Assembly (NCBI GenBank): GCA_041941795.1
Contig: CP145872.1
Span: 270,001-302,000 of the forward strand
From: Candidatus Saccharimonadota bacterium
Lineage (GTDB): Bacteria > Pseudomonadota > Gammaproteobacteria > Enterobacterales > Enterobacteriaceae
Direction of reading: 5' to 3'
DNA: 32,000 bases
Positions within the stretch are counted from its first letter, which is position 1; the number at the start of each line of letters is the position of its first letter. The notes below the pieces were generated by a model. That model made no database searches. It was not told the origin of the DNA and saw only the letters and a list, made by a program, of their open reading frames with translations. Shown here one piece after another: positions 12,027 through 22,470 of the stretch. A program made the position numbers and the translations under genes.

Positions 12027-12913
12027 ATGTTCCATTATTGTTAAAATCATATAATCAACGTAGTAATCTAGCATTATGTCGTTTTATGAAAGACATTCCT
12101 TTTCAAACCACCCAATTAGTTGAAGCCATGAAATATGGCCTGTTAACAGGGGGTAAGAGAATACGACCTACTTTAGTTTATGCTACTGGTGAAATGTTAG
12201 AGAATGATAACGATTGTTTAGATGTACCAGCGGTTGCTATTGAATGTATTCATGCTTATTCATTAATTCATGATGACTTACCAGTAATGGATAATGATAT
12301 CTTACGACGTGGAGAACCAACATGCCATGTAAAATTTGGAGAAGCCAATGCCATTTTGGCGGGAGATGCACTGCAAACTTTAGCATTTACCATTTTATCT
12401 CATAGTCCTATGTCTGGAGTGAGTATAGCCACTCGACTAGAAATGATTAAAGAATTATCAAATGCTAGTGGAGTATCGGGTATGTGTATGGGACAAGCAT
12501 TGGACTTAGCATCCACCGGTCAAGATATAACTAAAGAGGCGGTAGCTCTTATCCATCTACATAAAACAGGTTCTCTTATTAGAGCAGCTATACGTTTAGG
12601 AGCATTAACTTCAGATAAATATTTGGAGGTTTTTCCTGCCTTAGAGAAATATGCTAAGGCTATTGGGTTAGCATTTCAAGTGCAAGATGATATCTTGAAT
12701 GTAGTAGGTAACAGAAATCTTATGGGTAAGGTAGCAGGATCCGATAAATATTTAAAAAAAAGTACCTATCCTTCTAATTTAGGACTAAAAAATTCCCAAC
12801 AAGAATTAAAGGCCTTATATAACGAAGCTTTAGATGCTCTAAGTAACCTTAAATATTTAAATACCACAACATTACAAGCCGTAGCTAAATATATTATTAT
12901 TCGTGATAAATAA
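12023..12913 (+). CDS. ispA: Farnesyl diphosphate synthase
   Basis: The ORF is 296 aa. There is a 4-nt ATGA overlap with xseB. Both Asp-rich motifs are present (IHDDLPVMDNDILRRG and FQVQDDILN). Confidence 0.93.
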   Translation: MNVPLLLKSYNQRSNLALCRFMKDIPFQTTQLVEAMKYGLLTGGKRIRPTLVYATGEMLENDNDCLDVPAVAIECIHAYSLIHDDLPVMDNDILRRGEPTCHVKFGEANAILAGDALQTLAFTILSHSPMSGVSIATRLEMIKELSNASGVSGMCMGQALDLASTGQDITKEAVALIHLHKTGSLIRAAIRLGALTSDKYLEVFPALEKYAKAIGLAFQVQDDILNVVGNRNLMGKVAGSDKYLKKSTYPSNLGLKNSQQELKALYNEALDALSNLKYLNTTTLQAVAKYIIIRDK

Positions 12914-13949
12914 AGTTATTTAATCTAAAATTTAGATCAACGGGAATTTTACTTTTTTTTCCATTTACTTCTCGTATAAGAGTGGGTACTAAATAACCAG
13001 ATAACCGGGAAAATAAATTACGCATAATTGCTTGTGCCTTTTCTTCGGAAACAAAAAAATGAGCAGCTCCTTCTACTTGATCTAGCATATGTAAATAATA
13101 GGGTAAAATTCCTATATCAAAAAGAGCGTTACTTAGAGCCGCTAATTTCTCGCTACTATCATTAACTCCACGGAGCAAAACACTTTGATTAAGAAGAGTA
13201 ACTCCTGATTTTTTTAAAGACTCCATCCCGGATAGCAAAGTATGATCAATTTCTTGCTGATGATTAATATGAGTCACTAAGATTATTTGAAATTTAGCAT
13301 TATCTAGAATGTGACATAAAGTTTGAGTAATCCGAGCTGGAATTACTACGGGTAGACGCGTATGAATTCTTAATCGTTTTAAATGCCTAATATTTTCTAA
13401 TTTAGAAATTATTTTCTTTAATTCAGAATCTTTTGCCATCAGTGGATCACCACCAGAAAAAATAATTTCTTCGATTTCGGAGTGTCGATGTAAATATTCT
13501 AAGATAGAATGCAAATTTTTTTGGTTTAAAGAATGTTCTTGATAAGGAAAACATCGACGAAAACAATATCGACAATGTACAGCACAACTACCTTTAACTA
13601 ATAATAAAGCGCGATTATGATATTTATGTATTAAACCGGGACAAACTATATAATCTATTTCTTGCAAAGGATCACTAGAATAGGAAGGTACTTTAATAAA
13701 TTCTTGCGGTTTTATTAATACTTGCAATAATAAGGGGTCGTACGGATCACCGTGACGCATACGGTCGATAAATGTTCGTGGTACTCTAAGAGGAAAGAAT
13801 TTATCTGATTGATCACTCAATATTAGTAAGTTCTCATGATCGAGATTTAACATTTGTAATAATTGGGAAGTGTCAGTAACAACATCAGATAGCTGTTGTA
13901 ACCAAAGTTCTCGAGAAGATGTACTTCTGCCAGGGCTACAATATTTCAT
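12897..13949 (-). CDS. epmB: EF-P beta-lysylation protein EpmB (lysine 2,3-aminomutase family, radical SAM)
   Basis: The ORF is 350 aa. The radical-SAM cluster motif is CAVHCRYCFRRC. It is collinear with E. coli EpmB/YjeK (PGLIHKYHNRALLLVKG, FSGGDPLMAK). It is divergent from efp, as in E. coli. Confidence 0.93.
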   Translation of the reverse strand: MKYCSPGRSTSSRELWLQQLSDVVTDTSQLLQMLNLDHENLLILSDQSDKFFPLRVPRTFIDRMRHGDPYDPLLLQVLIKPQEFIKVPSYSSDPLQEIDYIVCPGLIHKYHNRALLLVKGSCAVHCRYCFRRCFPYQEHSLNQKNLHSILEYLHRHSEIEEIIFSGGDPLMAKDSELKKIISKLENIRHLKRLRIHTRLPVVIPARITQTLCHILDNAKFQIILVTHINHQQEIDHTLLSGMESLKKSGVTLLNQSVLLRGVNDSSEKLAALSNALFDIGILPYYLHMLDQVEGAAHFFVSEEKAQAIMRNLFSRLSGYLVPTLIREVNGKKSKIPVDLNFRLNNFIYHE

Positions 13950-13985
13950 CGAACAAAACTCTTACAAAATTAATTATAGGGATTT

Positions 13986-14552
13986 ATGATGATTTATCAT
14001 CCTAATGATTTTTTTACCGGTCTCAAAATTATCTGGGACAGAGAACCTTATTCTATTGAATCTAGTGAGTTTGTCAAACCTGGAAAAGGACAATCATTTG
14101 TGCGTGTAAAAATGCGTCGGTTATTAATAGGACAGCTGATTGAGAAAACCTTTAAAACTACGGATACAGCAGAGCAAGCAGATATTTTAGATCTAAATAT
14201 GATCTATTTATATAGTGACGGAACATTTTGGTATTTTATGAATAAAAATACTTTTGAACAAATAGCTGCAGATATAAAAGCAGTAGGAGATACCATTAGA
14301 TGGCTGTCTAATCAGATAGATTACATAGTAACTTTGTGGAACGGAAAACCAATAGGAGTCACTCCTCCTAATTTCGTTGATTTGACAATCACATCTACTA
14401 ATCCCCCCTTAAAAGGAGATTCTATAGGACCCGGAAATAAATTTGCAACGTTGAGTACGGGCGCAGTAATAAAAGTTCCCTATTTTTTTCAAGAAGGGGA
14501 GATAGTGAAAGTTAATACTCGCAGTGGGGAATATGTTGCCCGTGTTAAGTAA
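13986..14552 (+). CDS. efp: Elongation factor P
   Basis: The ORF is 188 aa. The modified-lysine loop is conserved ([12 protein letters not shown]). The C-terminus is [11 protein letters not shown] (E. coli TRSGEYVSRVK). Confidence 0.97.
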   Translation: MMIYHPNDFFTGLKIIWDREPYSIESSEFVKPGKGQSFVRVKMRRLLIGQLIEKTFKTTDTAEQADILDLNMIYLYSDGTFWYFMNKNTFEQIAADIKAVGDTIRWLSNQIDYIVTLWNGKPIGVTPPNFVDLTITSTNPPLKGDSIGPGNKFATLSTGAVIKVPYFFQEGEIVKVNTRSGEYVARVK

Positions 14553-14590
14553 ATTATAAAGAATTACATGAAAAAAATATAGGAGAAGTT

Positions 14591-15574
14591 ATGAAACATG
14601 TAGGAGCCAATACTTGGCAACCCACTGCATCAATAAATAATTTATTCAACAGGGCGGCTATTATAGCGACTATAAGAAGATTTTTTTCGGATCGTAATAT
14701 ATTAGAAGTGGATACTCCGTCGCTTAGTCAAGCTACAGTACCCGATGTGCATATTGATTCTTTTAAAACTACCTTTTTTCAACCAGGTAACACAGCAAAA
14801 CAAGAGTTATATCTTATAACAAGTCCTGAATATCACATGAAGCGATTATTAGTAGCAGGAATAGGTCCTATATATCAAATATGTCATTGTTTTCGTAATA
14901 GAGAAATTGGGAATCTTCATAATCCAGAATTTACTATGTTGGAATGGTATCGTCCACAATATAATATATATCAATTAATGAATGAAGTAAATGATCTCAT
15001 AGATAAAATCATTCATTGTGGAAAAGCTGAAAAAATATCTTATCAAGATGTGTTTATTAGACATCTCAATATTGATCCTCTGTCGATCTCTCTAAAAGAA
15101 TTAAAAAAAATAGTAAAATTACTACCTGGAGATTCGTCTAATTTTATAAACGAAAGTTATGATACATTATTACAATTATTATTGTCTCATCTGGTTACTT
15201 CATTAGTAGGATTGGAAAAACCTCTCTTCATATATAATTTTCCTATTTCTCAAGCCTCACTAGCTACTATTAATTTGGATGATGAGCGGGTAGCAGAACG
15301 TTTTGAACTATATTACCAAGGAGTGGAATTAGCTAATGGTTTCCATGAATTAACAGATAGTATAGAACACCGTCGCCGTTTTGAATATGATAATAAGATT
15401 CGTTATCTAATAGGAAAAAATAAACAACCAATTGATAATAAGTTTCTAACTGCTATCGAACAAGGATTACCACAGTGTTCCGGAGTATCATTAGGCGTAG
15501 ATCGGTTAATTATGCTTGCACTTAAAATGAAAGAATTAAGTCAAGTAATAGCTTTTAGCGTAGATAGGTGTTAA
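14591..15574 (+). CDS. epmA: EF-P--(R)-beta-lysine ligase EpmA (LysRS paralog)
   Basis: The ORF is 327 aa. It has a class II core without an anticodon-binding domain (FRNREIGNLHNPEFTMLEWY, ELANGFHEL, CSGVSLGVDRLIMLAL) and ends AFSVDRC (E. coli AFSVDRA). Confidence 0.93.
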   Translation: MKHVGANTWQPTASINNLFNRAAIIATIRRFFSDRNILEVDTPSLSQATVPDVHIDSFKTTFFQPGNTAKQELYLITSPEYHMKRLLVAGIGPIYQICHCFRNREIGNLHNPEFTMLEWYRPQYNIYQLMNEVNDLIDKIIHCGKAEKISYQDVFIRHLNIDPLSISLKELKKIVKLLPGDSSNFINESYDTLLQLLLSHLVTSLVGLEKPLFIYNFPISQASLATINLDDERVAERFELYYQGVELANGFHELTDSIEHRRRFEYDNKIRYLIGKNKQPIDNKFLTAIEQGLPQCSGVSLGVDRLIMLALKMKELSQVIAFSVDRC

Positions 15575-15667
15575 TTTACTCAGTATTTATATAGTACCAT
15601 ATTGCTATTAGTTTCGGAAGATTAATAACCTCCTCATAAATTTATCTAAGGATTAGAAGAGATTTTA

Positions 15668-16216
15668 ATGAGTATCAAGCAGAATAATAATCTTATTTGG
15701 ATTGATTTAGAAATGACCGGACTAAATCCCATTAATAATCGAATTATTGAAATAGCTACCTTAGTAACTGATGTTAGTCTAAATATTTTAGCTGAAGGTC
15801 CAGTAATAGCTGTCTATCAACCACAGCGAATACTTTCACAAATGGATAATTGGAATGTGCGTACCCATACTGCCAGTGGATTGATTGAACGAGTTATAGT
15901 CAGTAAATATAATGAACGTGATGCAGAAATAGCTACCTTAAAATTTTTAAAAGAATGGGTTCCCGAAAATTATTCTCCCATTTGTGGTAACAGCATAGGA
16001 CAAGATCGTCGTTTTTTACTACATTATATGCCGGAACTGGAAACTTATTTTAATTATCGGTACTTAGACGTAAGTACATTAAAAGAATTAGTAAAACGCT
16101 GGAAACCTCATATTCTACCTGGATTCAAGAAAAGAGCTAAACATCAAGCACTTGAAGATATTCGAGAGTCAGTAGCGGAACTTGCCTACTATCGAGAACA
16201 TTTTCTTCAGTTATAA
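15668..16216 (+). CDS. orn: Oligoribonuclease
   Basis: The ORF is 182 aa. It reads [12 protein letters not shown]...[13 protein letters not shown]...[21 protein letters not shown] and is nearly collinear with E. coli Orn. Confidence 0.95.
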   Translation: MSIKQNNNLIWIDLEMTGLNPINNRIIEIATLVTDVSLNILAEGPVIAVYQPQRILSQMDNWNVRTHTASGLIERVIVSKYNERDAEIATLKFLKEWVPENYSPICGNSIGQDRRFLLHYMPELETYFNYRYLDVSTLKELVKRWKPHILPGFKKRAKHQALEDIRESVAELAYYREHFLQL

Positions 16217-16270
16217 AAAATAATAATATTGCGAAAAATATTTTTTAGTCTAAACTATTTTTTAGACGTG

Positions 16271-16346
<76 letters not shown>

Positions 16347-16445
16347 TCAATATTTTTATATTTTTTATTTTTTAAAATGAAAGTAAGTAACATTTAAATA
16401 TTAATTTATTTAAATTTTAAAAGTGATATCTCGGTATTATTAGTA

Positions 16446-17963
16446 ATGATTTATAATCCTCATCAGTTGTTACCAGATGATATCTGGACTACAAAGCAGA
16501 TTGGAGTTCTACAATCTGAAATAGTAAAAAAAATGCATATTTCTTTATTAGAATTAATGCACCGAGCAGGACAGGCATCATTTGACTGTATTATAAATTT
16601 ATGGCCGAATTCTAGACACTGGCTAATTTTATGTGGAAATAGCTCTAATGGGCAAAAGGGTTATATTATTGCCGAGTTAGCCCGTAATGCCGGAATTACT
16701 GTCACCGTAATGGGATGTTATGGTCCCTTTTTTCATAAGAGCTGCAATAAATATCAAAAATATCAAGATGCACAATTAAAGTGGATAGAAAAAGGTGAAA
16801 GTATCTATTCGGCTCATACTCCTTTTCCAGATAAAGTTGATATTATTATAGATGCTTTACTAGGTATTGAAATGAATAATATTCCCATATTTCCATATAA
16901 CATACTTATTTCACGAGCTAATCAACATTCTGCCCCTATATTTTCAATAGATATTCCTTCGGGATTACTAGCCGACACAGGATTCACCCCTGGAGAAGTC
17001 ATTCATGCAGCACATACTATAACTTTTATAGGCATTAAGCCGGGACTTATAACAGGACAAGCACGAAAATATGTAGGAAAATTACATTATCATAGCTTAG
17101 ATACTAATGTAGTTTTGAATAAACATCATTCCTCCATATCGAGATGGGATAAGACTTGCTTAACAGAAAAATTCTTACCTCTAAAAATACCTACCTCGCA
17201 TAAAGGTCAACATGGTAAGTTACTATTAATTGGCGGAGATATAGGGACAGCTGGAGCTATTATTCTTACCGGAAAAGCGGCATTAAGATCAGGTACTGGA
17301 TTAGTTAAAATTATTACTCATAAGTTGAATATAATTCCGGTATTATCAAATTGTCCCGAATTAATGGTGCAAAAATACAGTAGGAATACCTTAGAAAAGT
17401 ACATAAAGTGGGCAAATACTATCATCATCGGTCCCGGAATAGGACAACAAAGTTGGGGAAAAAAAATCATGTTTAGAATAAAACAATCTCATCAACCCAG
17501 CTTATGGGATGCCGATGCTCTAACGTTTTTAGCTAATAATCGTAATATAAGAATGAATAGAATTATTACTCCTCATAGTGGTGAGGCGGCAAAATTGCTT
17601 AAAATGCATATTTCCGAAGTAGAAAAAGATAGATTACAAGCCGCTAAATTACTAGCTAAATATTATGGAGGGGTAGTGGTTCTCAAAGGATCAGGCACGG
17701 TTATTGCGAGTCATAGTGGTGAAGTAGCTATTGCAGATGTGGGGAATGTAGGTCTAGCCACTGGAGGGATGGGAGATATATTATCCGGAATAATAGGAAG
17801 TTTCTTAGGACAACAATTTTCTATTTATAAAGCTGCTATTTTAGGATGCATAGTACATGGGGTCGCCGCTGATATATTATCAGCATCTGGTACCAGAGGA
17901 ATGGTAGCTTCTGATTTATTACCAATAATATTTAAGTTAGTCAACTGTAATAGATCTTCTTGA
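16446..17963 (+). CDS. nnr: Bifunctional NAD(P)H-hydrate repair enzyme Nnr (YjeF: epimerase + ADP-dependent dehydratase)
   Basis: The ORF is 505 aa. It has an N-terminal YjeF_N-like half and a C-terminal carbohydrate-kinase half (HKGQHGKLLLIGG, LKGSGTVIA, GGMGDILSG). It occupies the syntenic position after tRNA-Gly. Confidence 0.9.
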   Translation: MIYNPHQLLPDDIWTTKQIGVLQSEIVKKMHISLLELMHRAGQASFDCIINLWPNSRHWLILCGNSSNGQKGYIIAELARNAGITVTVMGCYGPFFHKSCNKYQKYQDAQLKWIEKGESIYSAHTPFPDKVDIIIDALLGIEMNNIPIFPYNILISRANQHSAPIFSIDIPSGLLADTGFTPGEVIHAAHTITFIGIKPGLITGQARKYVGKLHYHSLDTNVVLNKHHSSISRWDKTCLTEKFLPLKIPTSHKGQHGKLLLIGGDIGTAGAIILTGKAALRSGTGLVKIITHKLNIIPVLSNCPELMVQKYSRNTLEKYIKWANTIIIGPGIGQQSWGKKIMFRIKQSHQPSLWDADALTFLANNRNIRMNRIITPHSGEAAKLLKMHISEVEKDRLQAAKLLAKYYGGVVVLKGSGTVIASHSGEVAIADVGNVGLATGGMGDILSGIIGSFLGQQFSIYKAAILGCIVHGVAADILSASGTRGMVASDLLPIIFKLVNCNRSS

Positions 17964-18122
17964 AAAAAGGTTAATAAAATTTAATCGGACATTAAAAAAA
18001 TAAATTTTTAAAAAAATTCTAATAATTATCATTATCCTCCTATTATTGTTCCCTAAGATTCAGAATCTAGGATAGATAGATATAATCTTAGTTACTAAAA
18101 TTTCTAATTATTATAATAAACT

Positions 18123-19889
18123 ATGCGTATACACAAACTATCTCCCCAGGTAATTAATCAAATTGCGGCGGGTGAAATAGTAGAAAGACCAGCATCCGTG
18201 GTAAAAGAATTAATAGAAAATAGCTTAGATGCAGGTGCTAATCATATAGATATTTTTATTGAAAAAGGAGGAACTAGGCTAATTCGAATTCGAGATAACG
18301 GATGTGGTCTTCATAAAGAAGACTTTCAATTAGCTTTAGTAAATCATTCTACCAGTAAAATTTATACTGTAGATGATCTAAATCATCTCGAAAGTTTTGG
18401 GTTTAGAGGGGAAGCATTAGCCAGTTTATGTTCAGTATCTAAATTACATTTAACTTCTCGTATAGAGAATAATGACATAGCATATTCTACATATGTAGAA
18501 GGACATCCAGTTCTATCGAATTCTAATATTCCAATTATACCTACCGCTCATCCTATAGGCACTACACTAGAGATAGTGGATCTTTTTTATAATACTCCTG
18601 CCCGAAGAAGAGTACTTAGAACTGAAACTAGAGAATTTGCTTATATCGATGAAGTGGTTCGTCGGGTAGCTTTAGCCCGTTTTGATATTACTATTAAACT
18701 GGTACATAATGGAAAATTAATTCGTTACTATTATCGGATCAAAGATCATCTTAAACTAGATCGAAGACTAGCCGCTATCTGTGGAAGAGAATTTTATTCT
18801 AATAATATTTATGTTAATTTTCATGAAGAAGATCTTAAATTATCTGGTTGGATAACCAAATTATCAATCTTACCTCTTTCTCAGGAGATAAGATATTTTT
18901 ATGTTAATGGTCGAATAGTACAAAATAGACTTATGAATAATGCGATTCGAAAAGCTTACCAAAATCAACTCCCAAATCATATTAGCGTAAAGCATAACAT
19001 CAACTTCGTACTTTATCTAGAGATAAAGTACGAAGAAGTAGATATTAATGTCCATCCAAATAAACGTGATGTTCGCTTTTATAAAGCTCGATTAGTACAT
19101 GATTTTATTTACCAAGGAATAAATAATACTCTCATTAAAGATCAAAATATAAAAATAACATCGCAGAATATGCCTTTTTTATCTCCAGTACAATTGCTAG
19201 CCCAAGATGATGCTCCAGAAAAAACAGAGTCTTTATTCTCACAACCGAACTGGGGAACTTTAGATAATTCTTTATATTTAAAACCTTTTCATACTAAAAA
19301 TGGGAACGATAAGACTGTGAATTATAATTGTTCTTCTAGTTTTGGTCGCGTTCTTACTATTTTAAAAAAAGTCATAGCATTAGTAGAAGATAATAATGGA
19401 CTTATGCTAATCGCCTTATCTATTGCTAAGAAATGGATGTTACAATTTTATTTAGATCCCGAAAAAAATCCAATTAAGACCAAAAATCTTATTTTTCCTT
19501 TCAAATTCAAAATAGATAATCATCTCCATGAAATTATAAGGTTATATAATAGTACAATATTTAAAAAATTGGGTATTATTTTAGTTTTAAATAAGAATTG
19601 TGCAATTCTTCGCTCCGTGCCACCACCATTATTCAAACAAGAATTACATAGTGACTTGATACCTGAATTATTACGTTTTATTTCAGATACCGCTGAATTT
19701 TCTCTAATTAAAATTACTCAATGGATTATAAATCAGGTTGCAGAAAAAGAAAATCAATGGAATATTACACAAGCTACTGATTTATTAGTGAATACTGCAC
19801 AATTGTATCCTCATTTAGTACAGGATCCTCCTGGTAATCTTTTACAACGATTAAATCTAGAAATGATATTAAAAAAACTTAATTTTTGA
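18123..19889 (+). CDS. mutL: DNA mismatch repair protein MutL
   Basis: The ORF is 588 aa. The GHKL N-terminus is LSPQVINQIAAGEIVERPASVVKELIENSLDAGA with IRDNGCG and FGFRGEALAS. Confidence 0.95.
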   Translation: MRIHKLSPQVINQIAAGEIVERPASVVKELIENSLDAGANHIDIFIEKGGTRLIRIRDNGCGLHKEDFQLALVNHSTSKIYTVDDLNHLESFGFRGEALASLCSVSKLHLTSRIENNDIAYSTYVEGHPVLSNSNIPIIPTAHPIGTTLEIVDLFYNTPARRRVLRTETREFAYIDEVVRRVALARFDITIKLVHNGKLIRYYYRIKDHLKLDRRLAAICGREFYSNNIYVNFHEEDLKLSGWITKLSILPLSQEIRYFYVNGRIVQNRLMNNAIRKAYQNQLPNHISVKHNINFVLYLEIKYEEVDINVHPNKRDVRFYKARLVHDFIYQGINNTLIKDQNIKITSQNMPFLSPVQLLAQDDAPEKTESLFSQPNWGTLDNSLYLKPFHTKNGNDKTVNYNCSSSFGRVLTILKKVIALVEDNNGLMLIALSIAKKWMLQFYLDPEKNPIKTKNLIFPFKFKIDNHLHEIIRLYNSTIFKKLGIILVLNKNCAILRSVPPPLFKQELHSDLIPELLRFISDTAEFSLIKITQWIINQVAEKENQWNITQATDLLVNTAQLYPHLVQDPPGNLLQRLNLEMILKKLNF

Positions 19890-19897
19890 AGTAACTT

Positions 19898-20872
19898 ATG
19901 CATAAAAAAATCGACCCCACAAAAATTGCTATTTTCTTAATGGGCCCTACTGCTTCGGGGAAGACAGAATTAGCTATAGCCTTACAGAAATTTATTCCGG
20001 TGGAAATTATCAGTGTTGATTCTGCTCTCATATATCGGGAGATGAATATAGGAACTGCTAAACCTTCCCCAGAAGTTCTTCGTTATGCTCCGCATCGTTT
20101 AGTAGATATTAAAGATCCTTCTGAATATTATTCAGTAGCTAATTTTTGTTGTGAAGCTAGAGCCGAAATGAAAAATATTTATCAAAAAGGTAATTTTCCT
20201 TTACTGGTGGGAGGCAGTATGCTTTATTTTAAAGCTTTACTGGAGGGTTTATCTCCCTTACCGGCCGCTGATTATAGTACACGCAAATATATTAAACAGC
20301 AAGCAGACCAAAAAGGTTGGAATTATATTTATCAAATAATATCCATTATAGATCCAATATCTGCACAATCCATCCATCCTAATGACTATCACAGATTATC
20401 ACGAGCACTAGAAGTTTTTTTATTGTCCGGAAAAACTTTAACCTTCTTGAAGAAAAAAACTGGTCCAACTTTACCATATAAGATAGTACAATTTGTACTC
20501 GCTCCGTCATGTAGACACAATTTATATAGAAGGATCGAAGAGCGATTTGTGAATTTTATTCACAATGGTTTCGAACTTGAAGTTCAAAAATTAATCGAGA
20601 GAGGAGATCTACATTTAGATATGCCTTCTATGCGAAGTGTAGGGTATCGTCAAATGTGGTCTTATATTAAAGGTAATATAAGTTATATAGATATGATTAA
20701 TCAAGGTATCTGTGCTACACGACAATTAGCTAAACATCAGTGCACTTGGTTAAACAAATGGCAAAGAAAAAATATTTATTGGATAGATAGTAATGACCTC
20801 ACTATAGATTTAGCTTGTAATAAAGTGTTGAATATTATTAAATATAATTACCCAGAATTATTTATTCAGTAA
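19898..20872 (+). CDS. miaA: tRNA dimethylallyltransferase
   Basis: The ORF is 324 aa. It has the P-loop [11 protein letters not shown] plus [19 protein letters not shown] and [11 protein letters not shown]. It starts 8 nt after mutL. Confidence 0.95.
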   Translation: MHKKIDPTKIAIFLMGPTASGKTELAIALQKFIPVEIISVDSALIYREMNIGTAKPSPEVLRYAPHRLVDIKDPSEYYSVANFCCEARAEMKNIYQKGNFPLLVGGSMLYFKALLEGLSPLPAADYSTRKYIKQQADQKGWNYIYQIISIIDPISAQSIHPNDYHRLSRALEVFLLSGKTLTFLKKKTGPTLPYKIVQFVLAPSCRHNLYRRIEERFVNFIHNGFELEVQKLIERGDLHLDMPSMRSVGYRQMWSYIKGNISYIDMINQGICATRQLAKHQCTWLNKWQRKNIYWIDSNDLTIDLACNKVLNIIKYNYPELFIQ

Positions 20873-21266
20873 ATCTTAGAGAAATAATTTTAATTCTTTA
20901 AATTCTCATATCATAAGGGAAGTTATCAACATATATTTATTATAATCTTCTGAAGATTGGTAATTAGAAATGCTAACTACTAATGACAAAGATAAATTAA
21001 TAAATAATTTCTCTTCATCTTAACTAATTTCTCTGTATCATTATTGATCTTCTTCAAATCTCTTTTTATTAGATCTTGATCTCCGGAACATCTTTCTTTT
21101 GTCAAACAGATTCTAAATAGAATTATTCTATTATTTCTCATTAAAATATTTAACTAAGCTTATTTGTTAAATTTAGGACTGCTTTTTAATAAAGATTACA
21201 TTTTTCTTTTTACCAAAAGTAAAATATTATATTATTAACTAGTACCTAGTGGAGTACAGAAAAAGA

Positions 21267-22415
21267 ATGTGGTATATATTTCAATGGACTATTCGACATA
21301 TAGTTACTTTCTGGCAAAGAGTGCATTTCAATGAAATGAAAGATGTTAAAAACAATTATCGTAATAATAATTACAATATATTAAGTTATATATTCTATAA
21401 GCTGTTTTCTAAATTACGATCCCCTAATAATATAATTAGGAGTTCTAGCCACAAGACGTCCAGTCACTTTTCATTAGAAAAAATGATATGTGTCATATTA
21501 ATAATTGTGCCTTTAATTATTTGGATAATTAGTGGTTTTTATACTATTCAAGAAACGGATCGGGGGGTCATTACTCGGTTTGGTAAATTAAATCATATCG
21601 TTGAACCCGGTTTAAATTGGAAATTAAAATTTATTGATAACGTCCATACTGTTAATGTTGAAACTGTTCGCCAACTAGTAGCATCAGGAATAATGCTGAC
21701 TTCGGATGAAAATGTAGTTCATGTGGAAATGAACATACAGTATCGGGTAGCTAATCCCAGTAAATATCTTTTTTCCGTTGCTAATCCTGATGATAGTTTG
21801 CGACAAGCTACTGACAGTGCATTACGTGGGGTAATTAGCAAATATAGTATGGATACTATCCTGACGGAAGGTCGTACTATTATACGTAGTGATACTCAAA
21901 TAGAACTAGAAAAAACTATCCTTCCATATGATATGGGACTAAGGATACTAGATGTTAATTTTCAAGCCGCACGTCCCCCTGAACAAGTCAAGTCATCATT
22001 TGATGATGCAATAGCTGCGCGAGAAAATGAACAACAATACATACGAGAAGCAGAAGCCTATGCAAATGAAGTACAACCTCAATCAAAGGGCAAAGCAGAA
22101 CGAATTATTGAAAATGCATATGCTTATAAAATTCGTTCTATCCTGGAAGCACAAGGGGAAGTGATGCAATTTAATAAAATTTTATCACAATATAAAGCGT
22201 ATCCTCAAGTAACTAAAAAACGTTTGTATATTGAAACTATGGAACATATTATAAGTAATACTCGTAATTTTATATTTAATGATGAAACTAATCATCCTAT
22301 AGTGATTATGTCAGTACCACAATTTTTTTCGAATAACATGAGTCATTATAACCATTCTTCTATTCCACGAAAAATTTCTAATATCCAAATTCCACTCAAT
22401 AAAAAAAAACATTAA
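21267..22415 (+). CDS. hflK: FtsH protease modulator HflK (SPFH/band-7)
   Basis: The core is collinear with E. coli HflK (IIWIISGFYTIQETDRGVITRFGK, QAARPPEQVKSSFDDAIAARENEQQYIREAEAYANEVQP). The start is uncertain. I chose ATG 21267 (MWYIFQ versus E. coli MAWNQ). The track ORF begins at GTG 21249. The C-terminus is shorter than in E. coli and ends right after an A9 tract. Confidence 0.9.
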   Translation: MWYIFQWTIRHIVTFWQRVHFNEMKDVKNNYRNNNYNILSYIFYKLFSKLRSPNNIIRSSSHKTSSHFSLEKMICVILIIVPLIIWIISGFYTIQETDRGVITRFGKLNHIVEPGLNWKLKFIDNVHTVNVETVRQLVASGIMLTSDENVVHVEMNIQYRVANPSKYLFSVANPDDSLRQATDSALRGVISKYSMDTILTEGRTIIRSDTQIELEKTILPYDMGLRILDVNFQAARPPEQVKSSFDDAIAARENEQQYIREAEAYANEVQPQSKGKAERIIENAYAYKIRSILEAQGEVMQFNKILSQYKAYPQVTKKRLYIETMEHIISNTRNFIFNDETNHPIVIMSVPQFFSNNMSHYNHSSIPRKISNIQIPLNKKKH

Positions 22416-22425
22416 TTATTTACAT

Positions 22426-22470
22426 TCATCACTCGAGGATAAAGCGCGCACTAGGATTAAGGAGTGATGA
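22426..22470. repeat. Inverted repeat in the hflK-hflC spacer (9-bp arms TCATCACTC / GAGTGATGA, 27-nt loop containing GCGCGC)
   Basis: The arms at 22426-22434 and 22462-22470 are perfect reverse complements, read directly. The enclosed segment is noticeably more GC-rich than other spacers. Function is unknown. Confidence 0.5.

Noticed and set aside
16248-16267. Hairpin GTCTAAA-ctattt-TTTAGAC between orn and tRNA-Gly, considered as an orn terminator
   Set aside because: The stem is AT-rich with no downstream U-tract, and it sits 3 nt before the tRNA. It cannot be distinguished from chance.
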